The position numbers and the translations under genes were made by a program. A DNA stretch of 64,000 nucleotides from an uncultured Actinomycetota bacterium (GTDB taxonomy: Bacteria > Actinomycetota > Actinomycetes > Mycobacteriales > Mycobacteriaceae): contig CAVUPN010000010.1 of NCBI GenBank assembly GCA_963743225.1, forward strand, positions 16,084 through 80,083, in the 5' to 3' direction. Under the pieces are notes generated by a model. It was not told where the DNA came from, searched no databases, and saw only the letters and a program-made list of their open reading frames with translations. This document shows, piece by piece, positions 34,670-45,568 of this stretch; positions within the stretch are counted from its first letter, which is position 1, and each line of letters starts with the position of its first letter.

Positions 34670-36260
34670 TGCGTCCTCACCCCCGTCCTTAATATCGTCG
34701 TCTTTGCCGCCGCTAAGTGCCTTCTTGATGCTGTCGGAAAACTTGGTCATGACCTTCTTGACGTCACTGCGGGCGTCCTTGAACGCATCTCGCGCAGGTG
34801 TCTTTCGCGCGGGTCCTGCGATGGACGTGGGGGAGCCGTTGTCGTCACCGCTGGACTTCACGATCGTGCGCCCGTTCCCGATCACCGACTTCACCGCACC
34901 AATGGACTCGTTGATTCGATGCATGAACGCCGGCAGCTTTTGACCAACCTTGCCCGGGTCTGCCTCGACATGTCCTTGGATGTCGACCGACTCCGGAAGC
35001 GGTGACCCCACCGCGGGCGGCTTCTCTGGCGCCGGCCCGACGCGCGCCAGCTCCACGACCGCGTCCCCATCCTCGCTGGCCGGTGGGACCGGAATGCGCA
35101 GCGGCGGCGGCGAACCGATGAGAGCCGCCGCGTTGGTGATGCCCTCGCCGACTGCGTCGACGAGATCGCCGGCCACCGTCGCCGGGTTGAGTGGCGGGAT
35201 CAGCCGTGCCGGGGTGGGTTCCCACGGGTCAATGCTGCGGTCATAGCCCAGTTCCACGATCTCCCGAAAGAACGGCTCGACCACATCGATCACCGGCTCG
35301 GGCACCCTCAGGGTGCGCAGCGGACCGAACAACGGCAGGTCCTCGGTCTCGAAGAAGTAGTAGTCGGTGTCACCGTACTTGCCCTGGTAGGCGGCGGCTG
35401 TCGTCGGATCGGCAGCCAGGCTGACGTCGAACGGGTACGTGTGCACGTAGACGAAGCCCAGGACCGCGTTCATGAGGGAGATGCCGTTGAGCGGATACAA
35501 CGGGAAATCGGCCATGAAGTCGTACTGGCGGGTGATCTCCACCGTGTCGAACTGGGTGTCGGTCGGCGCGGGACCGTTGAACGACAAATCGAGGATCGGG
35601 ATGTAGAGGCCCGGGAACCGCGCAAGAAAGCCCCCGTTGGGAAGATTGGGGTCACCGCCCAGCACGAAGTCGATATCGGGGGCTTGGTTCCCTTCGGGTA
35701 CTGCTCGGCGAGCTTGCGCTTCTCCCGGTTCGCGATGACCGCGCTCTGCGAGTAGCCGTAGATCACCAGATGGTCGTTGGGGTGCGCGGCGATCGCCCGC
35801 CTCCAGATCGGCGACCCCGTCCTGGACCGACTGATTGAGGGTGAGGTCGAAGAGCCCCGTGAGATTCCACCACGGCACGTCCCACCCTGGGCCGCCAGGC
35901 CCGAAAAGCTCCGGGGACCCGAGCCCGAGGCCGAGCAGCGAGACGAGGCGACCAAGCCCCGCGACGGGCCAAAACCCCTCGGGCGTCGTCACCGCGATCG
36001 TACTCGATCTGGCCCGGATGCGTCGGCGCGATGAACTGGTTCTTGACCGACTCGACGTAGAAGTCATCGGGCGTCGGGACGCCGCTCGTGCCCATGATCA
36101 AGGCGCACGTTACGTCGGTCTTCGTACACGGCGGGCTCGAGGCCGACAGCCGCACCTCCGGCGACACCGTCGACACCGGCATGACCGTGGCCGCCACCGC
36201 CAGGGCTGCGACGCCGATCGACACCGTCATCCGCGTGGCGGCGTACTTTGCGTTTCCCAT
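34661..36260 (-). pseudogene. Secreted PE-PPE (PF08237) serine-hydrolase-like protein with about 3 frameshifts
   Basis: Signal peptide and start are in ORF 35763..36260 (MGNAKYAATRMTVSIGVAALAVAA...ALIMGTSGVPTPDD). The body is in ORF 34661..36067. The catalytic segment AIAAHPNDHLVIYGYSQSAVIANREKRKLAEQYP is only in ORF 35470..35955. Shifts are near 36000, 35797 and 35680. Confidence 0.75.
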
Positions 36261-36692
36261 CGCCTCTCCTTCGTCCTCGCGAAACGATGGCCACCGTGTC
36301 CGGTGTCGAGCTTCGCGGCGGAAATTGTCATTCGCGTGGGGGGAGACGAGCTCAGTAGTGGACTACTGCAATCTCGCGGGTTTCGGCGCGGTACTACCTA
36401 GCCGCGATCTTGAGTCCGCGGGCGTGGCGCGACGGAGATCACCCGGAGCGTGGGCCCTCTGGTGGATGAGGTGGGCCGAGGTGATGCCGTGACGGCGGCC
36501 CTTCTGCAACGCTCTCTCGGCAGGCGTCTCATTACTACTCAAGGGCGGAAGATGAGACACCTCGTTGTGAGACGAACTTCTGAGACGACGCGACGTGCGG
36601 AATCACGCGCCCAGCAAGGGGATCGATGCGTGTCGCAGATGTGCTTGAGCTCTTTCGAGACGCCGATGATGGCTGCGCGCCTGGGCGGTGAG

Positions 36693-36746
36693 GAGATCGG
36701 GCAGATCACCTCCGCGATGGTCGGCGTCGCGCGTGCACTAACCTGA
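36693..36746 (+). pseudogene. Orphan duplicate of the last 18 codons of bioA
   Basis: 36693-36722 matches 31160-31189 at 29 of 30 nt (GAGATCGGGCAGATCAC[C/T]TCCGCGATGGT). It encodes [10 protein letters not shown] and reaches a TGA the same 54 nt downstream as in the intact bioA. Confidence 0.6.
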
Positions 36747-36756
36747 ACGCTGTTCA
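36744..36756. promoter_or_regulatory. BioQ-type operator TGAAC-GCT-GTTCA upstream of bioF
   Basis: Perfect 5+3+5 palindrome 18 nt upstream of the bioF GTG, followed by the RBS GGAGAGGAG. It matches the TGAAC-N3-GTTCA site described for M. smegmatis BioQ. Confidence 0.65.
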
Positions 36757-36773
36757 AGTCGGAGAGGAGCATC

Positions 36774-37922
36774 GTGACCCGCGTAGACGTTTCCCCGCTG
36801 GCCTGGCTCGACGAGGTCGAGCGTCAGCGCCGCGCGGCGGGATTGCGCCGATCGCTGCGCGCGCGGCCGCCGGTGGGCGCGGAGCTCGATCTGGCGTCCA
36901 ACGACTACCTCGGCCTGTCCCAGCATCCCGACGTGATCGAGGGCGGCGTCGCCGCGCTGCGCATCTGGGGCGCGGGGTCGTCCGGGTCCCGGCTGGTCAC
37001 CGGCAACACCGAACTTCATGAGGGCTTCGAGTCCGCGCTCGCCGATTTCGTCGGCGCCGAGTCCGCGCTGGTGTTCTCGTCGGGGTACACCGCCAATCTC
37101 GGTGCGGTCGTCGCGCTGTCCGGGCCGGGCTCGCTTCTGGTGTCGGACGCGCTGACCCATGCGTCGCTGGTCGACGCGTGCCGGTTGTCGCGGGCGCGCG
37201 TGGCGGTGACGCCGCATCGGGACGTGGCCGCGGTGGAACGGGAGCTGGCGTCTCGCGACGAGGAGCGCGCGGTGGTGATCACGGACTCGGTGTTCAGCGC
37301 CGGCGGTGACCTCGCCCCGGTGCGTCAGCTCCACGACGTGTGCAGGCGCCACCGCGCGCTGCTGATCGTCGACGAGGCGCACGGGCTCGGCGTCCGGGGG
37401 ACCGGTGGGCGTGGCCTGCTCGAGGAGGTCGGGCTGGCCGGTGCGCCCGACGTCGTGGTGACGATGACGATGTCCAAGGCGTTGGGCAGCCAGGGCGGTG
37501 CGGTGCTGGGGCCGGCCGCGGTGCGCGATCATCTCGTCGACGCGGCGCGGCCGTTCATCTTCGACACCGGTCTTGCTCCTGCCGCAGTGGGCGCGGCGTG
37601 GGCGGCGCTGCGGGTGCTGGAGGCCGAACCCTGGCGGGCGCAGGCGGTGCTGCGCCACTCCGCCGAGCTGGCCCGAGTGTGCGACGTCCCCGACCGACCG
37701 GAATCGGCGGTGGTTTCGGTGATTCTCGGTGAACCCGAGGTGGCGTTGGCCGCCGCGACCGCGTGCCTGGACCGGGGTGTGCGGGTGGGCTGCTTCCGCC
37801 CGCCGACGGTGCCTGCGGGCACCTCGCGGCTGCGGCTCACGGCGCGTGCATCGCTGTCCGACGAGGAGATGGCGTTGGCACGCCGCGTGCTCACGGAAGT
37901 GCTGACAACGGCCCGCTCGTGA
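36774..37922 (+). CDS. bioF: 8-amino-7-oxononanoate synthase
   Basis: 382 aa with a GTG start. Class II aminotransferase fold. PLP lysine in [13 protein letters not shown]. Confidence 0.92.
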   Translation: MTRVDVSPLAWLDEVERQRRAAGLRRSLRARPPVGAELDLASNDYLGLSQHPDVIEGGVAALRIWGAGSSGSRLVTGNTELHEGFESALADFVGAESALVFSSGYTANLGAVVALSGPGSLLVSDALTHASLVDACRLSRARVAVTPHRDVAAVERELASRDEERAVVITDSVFSAGGDLAPVRQLHDVCRRHRALLIVDEAHGLGVRGTGGRGLLEEVGLAGAPDVVVTMTMSKALGSQGGAVLGPAAVRDHLVDAARPFIFDTGLAPAAVGAAWAALRVLEAEPWRAQAVLRHSAELARVCDVPDRPESAVVSVILGEPEVALAAATACLDRGVRVGCFRPPTVPAGTSRLRLTARASLSDEEMALARRVLTEVLTTARS

Positions 37923-38599
37923 GCGTTGTCGTCGTCTCGGGCACCGACACCGGCGTCGGCAAGACGGTGGCCACCGCGGCGCTGGCGTGTCATGCGCGGC
38001 TGGCCGGGATCGACGTCGCGGTGTGCAAGCCGGTTCAGACCGGCAGTGCCGACGGCGACGACGATCTCGCCGAGGTCGGGCGGCTGTCCGGCATCACCGA
38101 ATTACACGGCCTCGCACGCCTTCCCGAGCCACTGGCCCCCGCCGCGGCGGCGCAGCGGGCCGGGGTGCCGCTGCCCACGCGCAGGGACCTGGGCTCGGCG
38201 ATCGCCGAGGTGGACCGGCCGGGGTGGTTGACGTTGGTTGAGGGCGCGGGAGGTCTGCTCGTCGAGATCGGTGCGGGCGGTGTGACGCTGCGCGATCTCG
38301 CGCTCGATCTCGCCGCGCCGGTGCTGGTGGTGGTCAGACCGGGGCTGGGCACGCTGAACCACACCGCTTTGACCCTGGAAGCGCTTGCCTCACACAATGT
38401 TTGGTGCGCCGGGCTGGTGATCGGTGCGTGGCCCCGCGAACCGGGGACCGTCGAGGCCGACAACCGCGACGTGCTGGACAGGCAGGCGCCGGTGCGGGCG
38501 GTGCTGCCAGACGGGGCGGGAGCGCTGAGCGCAGCGGAGTTCGAGTCGATGAGCGCTTCCGCGTTCGACTCGCAGTGGGTCGCTAGCCTGGTCGGCTGA
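37919..38599 (+). CDS. bioD: Dethiobiotin synthetase
   Basis: I trimmed ORF 37763..38599 to the GTG at 37919 (GTGA overlap with the bioF stop), giving 226 aa. P-loop [13 protein letters not shown]. Confidence 0.9.
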   Translation: MSVVVVSGTDTGVGKTVATAALACHARLAGIDVAVCKPVQTGSADGDDDLAEVGRLSGITELHGLARLPEPLAPAAAAQRAGVPLPTRRDLGSAIAEVDRPGWLTLVEGAGGLLVEIGAGGVTLRDLALDLAAPVLVVVRPGLGTLNHTALTLEALASHNVWCAGLVIGAWPREPGTVEADNRDVLDRQAPVRAVLPDGAGALSAAEFESMSASAFDSQWVASLVG

Positions 38600-39109
38600 T
38601 GGTCCATTCCGTCGAGCTGGTCTTCGACGCGGACACCGAGGCGGTGATCCGGCAGATCTGGGAGCGACCTGCGCGACGCGGGGATCCCCAGCCAGGCGCC
38701 GGCCAGCCGCCCGCACGCGACGCTGACGGTGGCCGAACGGATCGACCCCGCCGTGGACGAGTTGCTGGTCGGTCTGGCCGATCGTTTCCCGTTTTCGTGC
38801 CGGATCGGCGCGCCACTGCTGTTCGGTCGGGCCAAGGTGGTGCTGGCCCGGCTGGTGGTGCCGACGATCGAGCTGCTCGACGTGCACGCCGAGGTGTACC
38901 GGCTGTGCGTGCCACACTTGCAGCCCGGCCCGATGTCCAACGCGCAGCCCGGCCAGTGGACCGGACATGTCACGTTGGCCCGCCGACTGGTGCCCGCCCA
39001 GCTGGGCCGCGCGCTGCGGATCGCGGGCAAGCCGTCGGAGATCAAGGGCAGCGTCGTGGGGCTGCGCCGCTGGGACGGCAAGTCCAAGCGCGAGTACCCG
39101 ATCGCCTGA
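38599..39109 (+). pseudogene. 2H phosphoesterase / 2'-5' RNA ligase superfamily protein (Rv1571-like) with one frameshift
   Basis: The start [22 protein letters not shown] is in ORF 38599..39141. The rest (SDLRDAGIPSQAPASRPHATLTVAERID...TGHVTLARR), with both HxT motifs, is in the frame of ORF 38729..39109. The shift is near 38662. Confidence 0.7.
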
Positions 39110-39197
39110 CGTCAGCATCTAAATCCGTAGGTCAACGGTGAAGTCTCCGGGTTTTCCCTGATGATTTGCGGCTCCTGGTCATCGCAGGCTGGCTAGC

Positions 39198-42100
39198 ATG
39201 AGCGGACCTGATCCACGCACGGAGACGTTGAACTGGAGCGACCTGGGCGTGAGCGAACTGCCGACCGGCACGGTGACGCTGCTTCTCGCCGACGTCGAAG
39301 GATCGACCCGGCTGTGGGAGACCCAGCCTGACGAGATGACAGATGCGGTCGCACGCCTCGACCGCGCTTTGACCGATCTGGTGGCGTCCTACAAGGGCGT
39401 GCGACCGGTCGAACAGGGCGAGGGGGACAGCTTCGTGGTGGCGTTCGCCCGCGCCGGCGACGCGGTGGCCTGTGCGCTGAAGCTGCAGCAGGCACCACTT
39501 GCTCCGATCCGGCTCCGCATCGGCGTGCATACCGGTGACGTGCGGATGCGCGACGAGGGGAACTACATCGGCCCCACCGTCAATCGGACCGCGCGGCTGC
39601 GCGATCTTGCCCACGGTGGCCAAACCGTGCTTTCGGGTGTCACTGAGGAGCTGGTGTTCGACCAGCTGCCGGACGGCGCGTGGCTCAGCGATCTGGGCAC
39701 ACACGAGTTGCGCGATGTTGCGCGTCCGGAACGGGTTGCGCAGCTGTGCCATCCCGATCTTCGCAATGAGTTCCCACCGCTGCGAGTGCCTAAATCAACT
39801 GCGCAACAACGACTCCCGGCACAGTTCACGAGGTTCGTTGGCCGCGGCCCCCAGATGGCAGAGGTGCGCCAGCTTCTCGCCGAGCACCGCCTTGTCACGC
39901 TTACGGGCGCGGGCGGCGCAGGCAAGACCCGTCTCGCGATAGAGATTGCGGGCCAGATAGCCGATGAGTTCGACGATGGCGTGTGGTACGTCGACCTGGC
40001 ACCGATCACCCATCCCGATCTCGTGGCCGTCACGGTCGCTCGAGCGTTCGGGCTGCCGGATCAACCCGGCAGCACGCCTGTGGACACGCTCGTGCGGTTC
40101 ATCGGTGACCGACCGATGCTGCTGGTCCTGGACAACTGTGAGCATCTTGCCGATGCGTGTGCGGCGATGACGGCCGCACTGCTGGGGGCGTGTTCCGCGG
40201 TGACGCTCCTTGCGACCAGCCGCGAGCCCATCCGGGCCGCCGGGGAGATCACGTGGGGGGTTCCGTCGCTATCGCTGGAAGACGAAGCCATCGAGTTGTT
40301 CACCGACCGCGCCCGTCAGTCCCGCCCGGACTTCGTCGTCACCGACGACAACGCCGCCACGTTGACCGAAATCTGTCTCCGCCTCGACGGCATGCCGCTG
40401 GCGATCGAACTCGCCGCTGCGCGCATCCGTGCGCTGTCACCGACCGAGATCGTCGACAGCCTCCACGACCGATTCCGCCTCCTGACCGGCGGCGCCCGAA
40501 CTGCGGTGCGTCGCCAGCAGACGTTGCGCGCCTCGGTGGATTGGTCGCACGCGTTGTTGACCGAACCCGAGCAGGTGCTGTTTCGCCGGCTGTCGGTATT
40601 TTTGGGCGGGTTCGACCTCGACGCCGCACAGGCGGTGTGCGGCGGCCATGATGTCGAGCGTTACCAAGTGCTGGATCAGCTCACCCTGCTCGTCGACAAG
40701 TCGCTCGTGGTGGCCGAACACATCAAGGACCGGACGCGATACCGCCTGCTGGAGACGGTGCGCCAGTATGCGCTGGAAAAGCTCGGCGAATCGGGCGAGG
40801 CGGATGCGGTGCGTACCCGGCACCGCGACTATTACACGGCGGGTGCGGCGCAATTGGATGTCGCTGCGGACGTCGGCCGGGAGGCGCGGCTCGATCAGGC
40901 CGAAGCGGAGATCGACAACCTCCGGGCAGCTTTCGCCTGGAGCCTCGAGAACGGCGAGATCGAGCCGGCCTTGCGGCTGGCATCGTCGCTGCAGCCGACT
41001 GTGGCTGACGCGCGGGACGCGTCGTGGAAGGGTTGGGTTGGCTGGACACGGCGCTCGCCGAGAAGGCCGCTGACAGTGCCGACGTGCGGCCAGCGCGCGG
41101 GCGCGCACTCGCGGACAAGGCCCTGCTGCTCGCGAATGTAGGCGTCGACCGATAGCGAGCTTGGAGGCCGCTGAGCAGGCACTGACGCTTGCGCGCGAAC
41201 TCGGCGATCCGGCCCTGCTGGTACGGGCGCTCGTGTCACGCGGGTCTATCAGTGCGTACGACGCCGAGGTGTCGCTGCCGTATCTCGAGGAGGCGGCCGA
41301 CCTCGCCCGTCAACTCGGTGACTCGTCACGGTTGAGCCAAATCCTCAGCTGGCAGGCGACTGCGGCGCTGATGGCCGGTGACATGGTGGCGACGATCGTG
41401 GCCGCCGAGGAAGGGCTCGACCTCGCCGATGCCATCGGGGACCGGTTCGTTTCGCGGCAGTGCCGTGTGTGGCTCGCTAATGCGCAGGTGTACCGCGGTG
41501 ATCTGGCCGGGGCGGTCTCCAGATGCGACGAGGCGATCGCCGAGGCGGCGGCAGCACACGATGTCCTCATGCAGGCGATCGGCACTGATGGGCCAGACTT
41601 TCACGCTGGCTTTGCAAGGCGACGTGAGCGGTGCGCGGACGACCGCGGAGAAGACCGTGCAGATCTCATCCGAGCTTGGCGAGTACTACGACTTAGCTTC
41701 CTCGGGGGGAGTCGCTCTCGCGTGCTTGGCCGCCGGCGATGCCGATGCAGCGTGGGAGGCCACTGAGGCGGCAAGGGAGCACACCAGCTCGGCAGCCCAT
41801 GACAACGGGAATCTTCGTCGTCTGGGCGGCCCAGGCCGCGTTGGGGCGCGGCGATCTACCCGCCGCCCGCCGCTGGGCCGACGAGGCCGTGTCGATGACG
41901 AAGGGCGTCTTTTTGTCGTGGGCGCTGGTGACGCGTTCCCGCGTCGAAATCACCGATGGCGAGCCGCAACTCGCTGATCGTGACGCCCATGAAGCGCTCG
42001 GCATCGCCGCCGATGTCGGGGGGCACCTTCTCATTCCAGAGATTCTCGAGCGTCTCGCCGACGTGGCCCGAGAGGCCGACAGTCACCCCGAAGCGGCGCG

Positions 42101-42515
42101 GTTCCTCGGAGCGGCGGACGCGATTCGCGGGCGCATGGGGGCGGTCCGCTTCAAGGTTTTCGACGCGGCCCATGAGGAAGCCGTTTCGGCGGTCCGTGCG
42201 GCATTGGGCGACAACGACTTCGACGAGGCGTGGGCCGAAGGCGCAGCCCTGACGATCGAGGAAGCGATCGCGTATGCCCAGCGCGGCCGCGGCGAACGCA
42301 AACGGCCGACTAGCGGGTGGGCATCGCTCACTCCGACGGAGCGTGATGTTGTGCGACTCGTCGGCGAAGGCCTGGCCAATAAGGACGTCGCCGCAAGGCT
42401 TTTCGTCTCACCACGAACAGTTGAGTCGCACCTCACGCATGTTTACACAAAGCTCGGACTGTCCTCCAGGGTCCAACTCGCGCAAGAGGCAACCCGGCGC
42501 GGAGAAGGCGACTAG
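39198..42515 (+). pseudogene. Adenylate cyclase / NB-ARC-type ATPase / TPR / LuxR-HTH regulator (Rv0386/Rv1358/Rv2488c type) with at least 5 frameshifts
   Basis: ORF 39198..41141 holds the cyclase (LLLADVEGSTRLWE, RIGVHTGDV) and the P-loop (GAGGAGKTRLA). The TPR part hops through four further frames (a short stretch of about 5 codons, 41015-41155, ORF 41161..41766, ORF 41378..41977) into ORF 41739..42515, which ends in the LuxR HTH (LTPTERDVVRLVGEGLANKDVAARLFVSPRTVESHLTHVYTKLG). Confidence 0.8.
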
Positions 42516-42877
42516 GGGACAGTCGCCGCAACCTTTTTCGGCACACACATCCGCCACGCCTCGATGACGATCTCGCGGAGCTCGACGAGGTCGATCGCGT
42601 CGAGCCGGACGTGGACCCAGTTGTATCTCATGTCGGACGGCCTCGGCAGCATGAACTTGTCGGGCTCGGACGCAACCAGTCCGGCGCGCTCCTCCTTGGG
42701 GAAGGCAAAACCCATCACGGTCTCGTCGCGCGAGAACGCCAGGTAGACGATCTGCCCGATGCGGAACTTGATGCGGTCGCGCACGACCACCTCGTAGGAC
42801 CTGGGCAGGGTCGAGGTTATGCGCCGCACATCAGCGACGGTGATCATGTTCGCGACGTTAGTCGGGCCGTCCGACAA
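42512..42877 (-). CDS. MmcQ/YjbR family DNA-binding protein
   Basis: 121 aa. VADVRRITSTLPRSYEVVVRDRIKFRIGQIVYLAF...MRYNWVHVRLD fits the YjbR fold family. Its stop overlaps the LuxR pseudogene stop. Confidence 0.7.
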   Translation of the reverse strand: MSDGPTNVANMITVADVRRITSTLPRSYEVVVRDRIKFRIGQIVYLAFSRDETVMGFAFPKEERAGLVASEPDKFMLPRPSDMRYNWVHVRLDAIDLVELREIVIEAWRMCVPKKVAATVP

Positions 42878-42929
42878 CGGCGCTGATCTGCTGATTTCCT
42901 CCGCCCAAGTCCGGTAACTTTACGCCTCG

Positions 42930-43706
42930 GTGGCCAAGCAATCGGACGACGATAACGACCGGGCTTCCAAGTGGAGCCCCGGTCAAACGCATTGGTGGAC
43001 AACCACGGCCATCGCGATCATCGGAGCCATCGTCGGCGGTACCTCGCTGATCATGAATTTCTTCTACCACCCGAGCCCGCCGCCCATCACCATCGACTCC
43101 GGTCATTCGGAATTCATGAAGCTGAGCTATTCGGACCGCATCGACCGGTGCGTGCCGTACATCTCCGAGCACCTCGATGCATGGCGCGACAAGTGGCGAA
43201 CCGCGCTGGACGATTCCGGCGGCTCGCACCAGAAGGCACCGGTGCCCTATGCGGGCCTTGGCGACGCCGACGGGGCGGGCCAGGGGATCGTGAACACCTA
43301 CCTCGCGGTGGTGAACTACGCCGAAAAGATCGCACCTACCGACGAGGGCGAGAATTTGTTGTCCTGCGTGTTCGCACCCGTGCTGAAAATGGACCCGAAC
43401 AACAGCTATCCGGATGTCGAGTCGCTTGTCGGGAGCGGCGACGAGGCACCCAAAGCCGACAACCTCGTCGTACGCGAAAGCCCGGTCTACGACCAGGGCG
43501 AATTCGCCGGTGTCACCGCCGAGGGGCGCCCGAGCAAGATCGTCGAGGTGATCATCCGGCCGGGCAAGAGCGAATCGCACCGGCAGTTGGGATTCGCGAT
43601 CGTGGGCGGTCACGACCAAGGGGTCCGCATGTGGGCTCTCAACGCGTCAGTGAACGCGGGCAGTCCGCAGTGGATGAACGACATCCAGAACTATCGGGGC
43701 TTTTAG
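42930..43706 (+). CDS. Hypothetical membrane-anchored protein, no recognised family
   Basis: 258 aa with a GTG start. It has one N-terminal TM (WWTTTAIAIIGAIVGGTSLIMNFFY) and then a soluble domain. By eye it is less GC-rich than its neighbours. Confidence 0.5.
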   Translation: MAKQSDDDNDRASKWSPGQTHWWTTTAIAIIGAIVGGTSLIMNFFYHPSPPPITIDSGHSEFMKLSYSDRIDRCVPYISEHLDAWRDKWRTALDDSGGSHQKAPVPYAGLGDADGAGQGIVNTYLAVVNYAEKIAPTDEGENLLSCVFAPVLKMDPNNSYPDVESLVGSGDEAPKADNLVVRESPVYDQGEFAGVTAEGRPSKIVEVIIRPGKSESHRQLGFAIVGGHDQGVRMWALNASVNAGSPQWMNDIQNYRGF

Positions 43707-44308
43707 ACGGGTGATTCCCGTCGCGCCGCGGTGAACGCTCCCTGCACGTTCAAGCCGTCGACGAGCAGTGCGAGCCCGAAACCGAACCGCTTGCTCGCAT
43801 CGTCGGCGAGCACGGACTGCTCGTCCGGCAGTTCTGCGCCTGCGGCGTCCCACTGCAGCCGGGACTGCTCGTCGGCCGTGAATCCGAGCACGTAGTAAAC
43901 GACCGTTCGTGCGGCCAACTCGGCGTGCGCCCGTTCGACTCCTGCATCGGTGGCGGCCTCGGCCAAACGGGCCAAGATGTGCGCCATCGCCTCCGACTGG
44001 CCGGCGGCGAAGCTGGCCGACACCAACTCGGCGCCGTCGGTGTGCGACAGCAAGGCGTCCCGCAGGCGCGTGCAGATGCCGGAGAGACGGTCGTGCCACC
44101 CACCAGGGGCATCTTCGGCCGCCGCCGGCTCCAGGATGCGGTCGGCGACCGCGCCGAGCAGCTGCTGCTTGTTGGCGAAATGCCAGTACAGCGTGCCGGG
44201 GGAGACGTTGAGCTCGCGTCCCAGCCGCCGCATCGTCAGGTCGGCGATCCCGTAGTTGTCCAGGATCGCCGTCGCCGCATCGACCACGTCGCGTTTGTGG
44301 AGCTGCAC
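43703..44308 (-). CDS. bioQ: TetR-family repressor, BioQ-like (divergent from bioB)
   Basis: 201 aa with a GTG start. TetR HTH is DLTMRRLGRELNVSPGTLYWHFANKQQLL. Only 46 nt separate it from bioB, and that gap contains a TGAAC-N3-GTTCA palindrome. Confidence 0.7.
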   Translation of the reverse strand: MQLHKRDVVDAATAILDNYGIADLTMRRLGRELNVSPGTLYWHFANKQQLLGAVADRILEPAAAEDAPGGWHDRLSGICTRLRDALLSHTDGAELVSASFAAGQSEAMAHILARLAEAATDAGVERAHAELAARTVVYYVLGFTADEQSRLQWDAAGAELPDEQSVLADDASKRFGFGLALLVDGLNVQGAFTAARRESPV

Positions 44309-44323
44309 ACCCGTACCCTAACC

Positions 44324-44336
44324 TGAACGGCGTTCA
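44324..44336. promoter_or_regulatory. BioQ-type operator TGAAC-GGC-GTTCA in the bioQ-bioB intergenic region
   Basis: Perfect palindrome 16 nt from the bioQ start and 19 nt from the bioB GTG. The 22-nt context CTAACCTGAACGnnGTTCAAGT matches the bioF site at 20 of 22 positions. Confidence 0.65.
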
Positions 44337-44351
44337 AGTTGAGGAGGGTGA

Positions 44352-45350
<999 letters not shown>

Positions 45351-45352
45351 CT

Positions 45353-45568
45353 GTGGTTTGTCTGATGGGGCCGGCCAAGTTCAACGTCTACACTGGCGAA
45401 CCCGCCGGCGGCGCGGTGCCCGCGGCGGCCCAACTCGGTCTCGAACCGCCACGGTTCTGTGCGGAGTGCGGCCGGCGGATGGTGGTGCAGGTGCGCCCCG
45501 ACGGGTGGTCGGCCAAGTGCTCCCGCCACGGTGTGCTGGACTCAAAGGACCTGGAGACCGAGCGATGA
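45353..45568 (+). CDS. bsaP: Small zinc-ribbon protein downstream of bioB (Rv1590 / BsaP-like biotin synthase auxiliary protein)
   Basis: 71 aa (or 67 aa from the ATG at 45365). [25 protein letters not shown] gives CxxC...CxxH ligands. It starts 3 nt after the bioB stop. Confidence 0.6.
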   Translation: MVCLMGPAKFNVYTGEPAGGAVPAAAQLGLEPPRFCAECGRRMVVQVRPDGWSAKCSRHGVLDSKDLETER

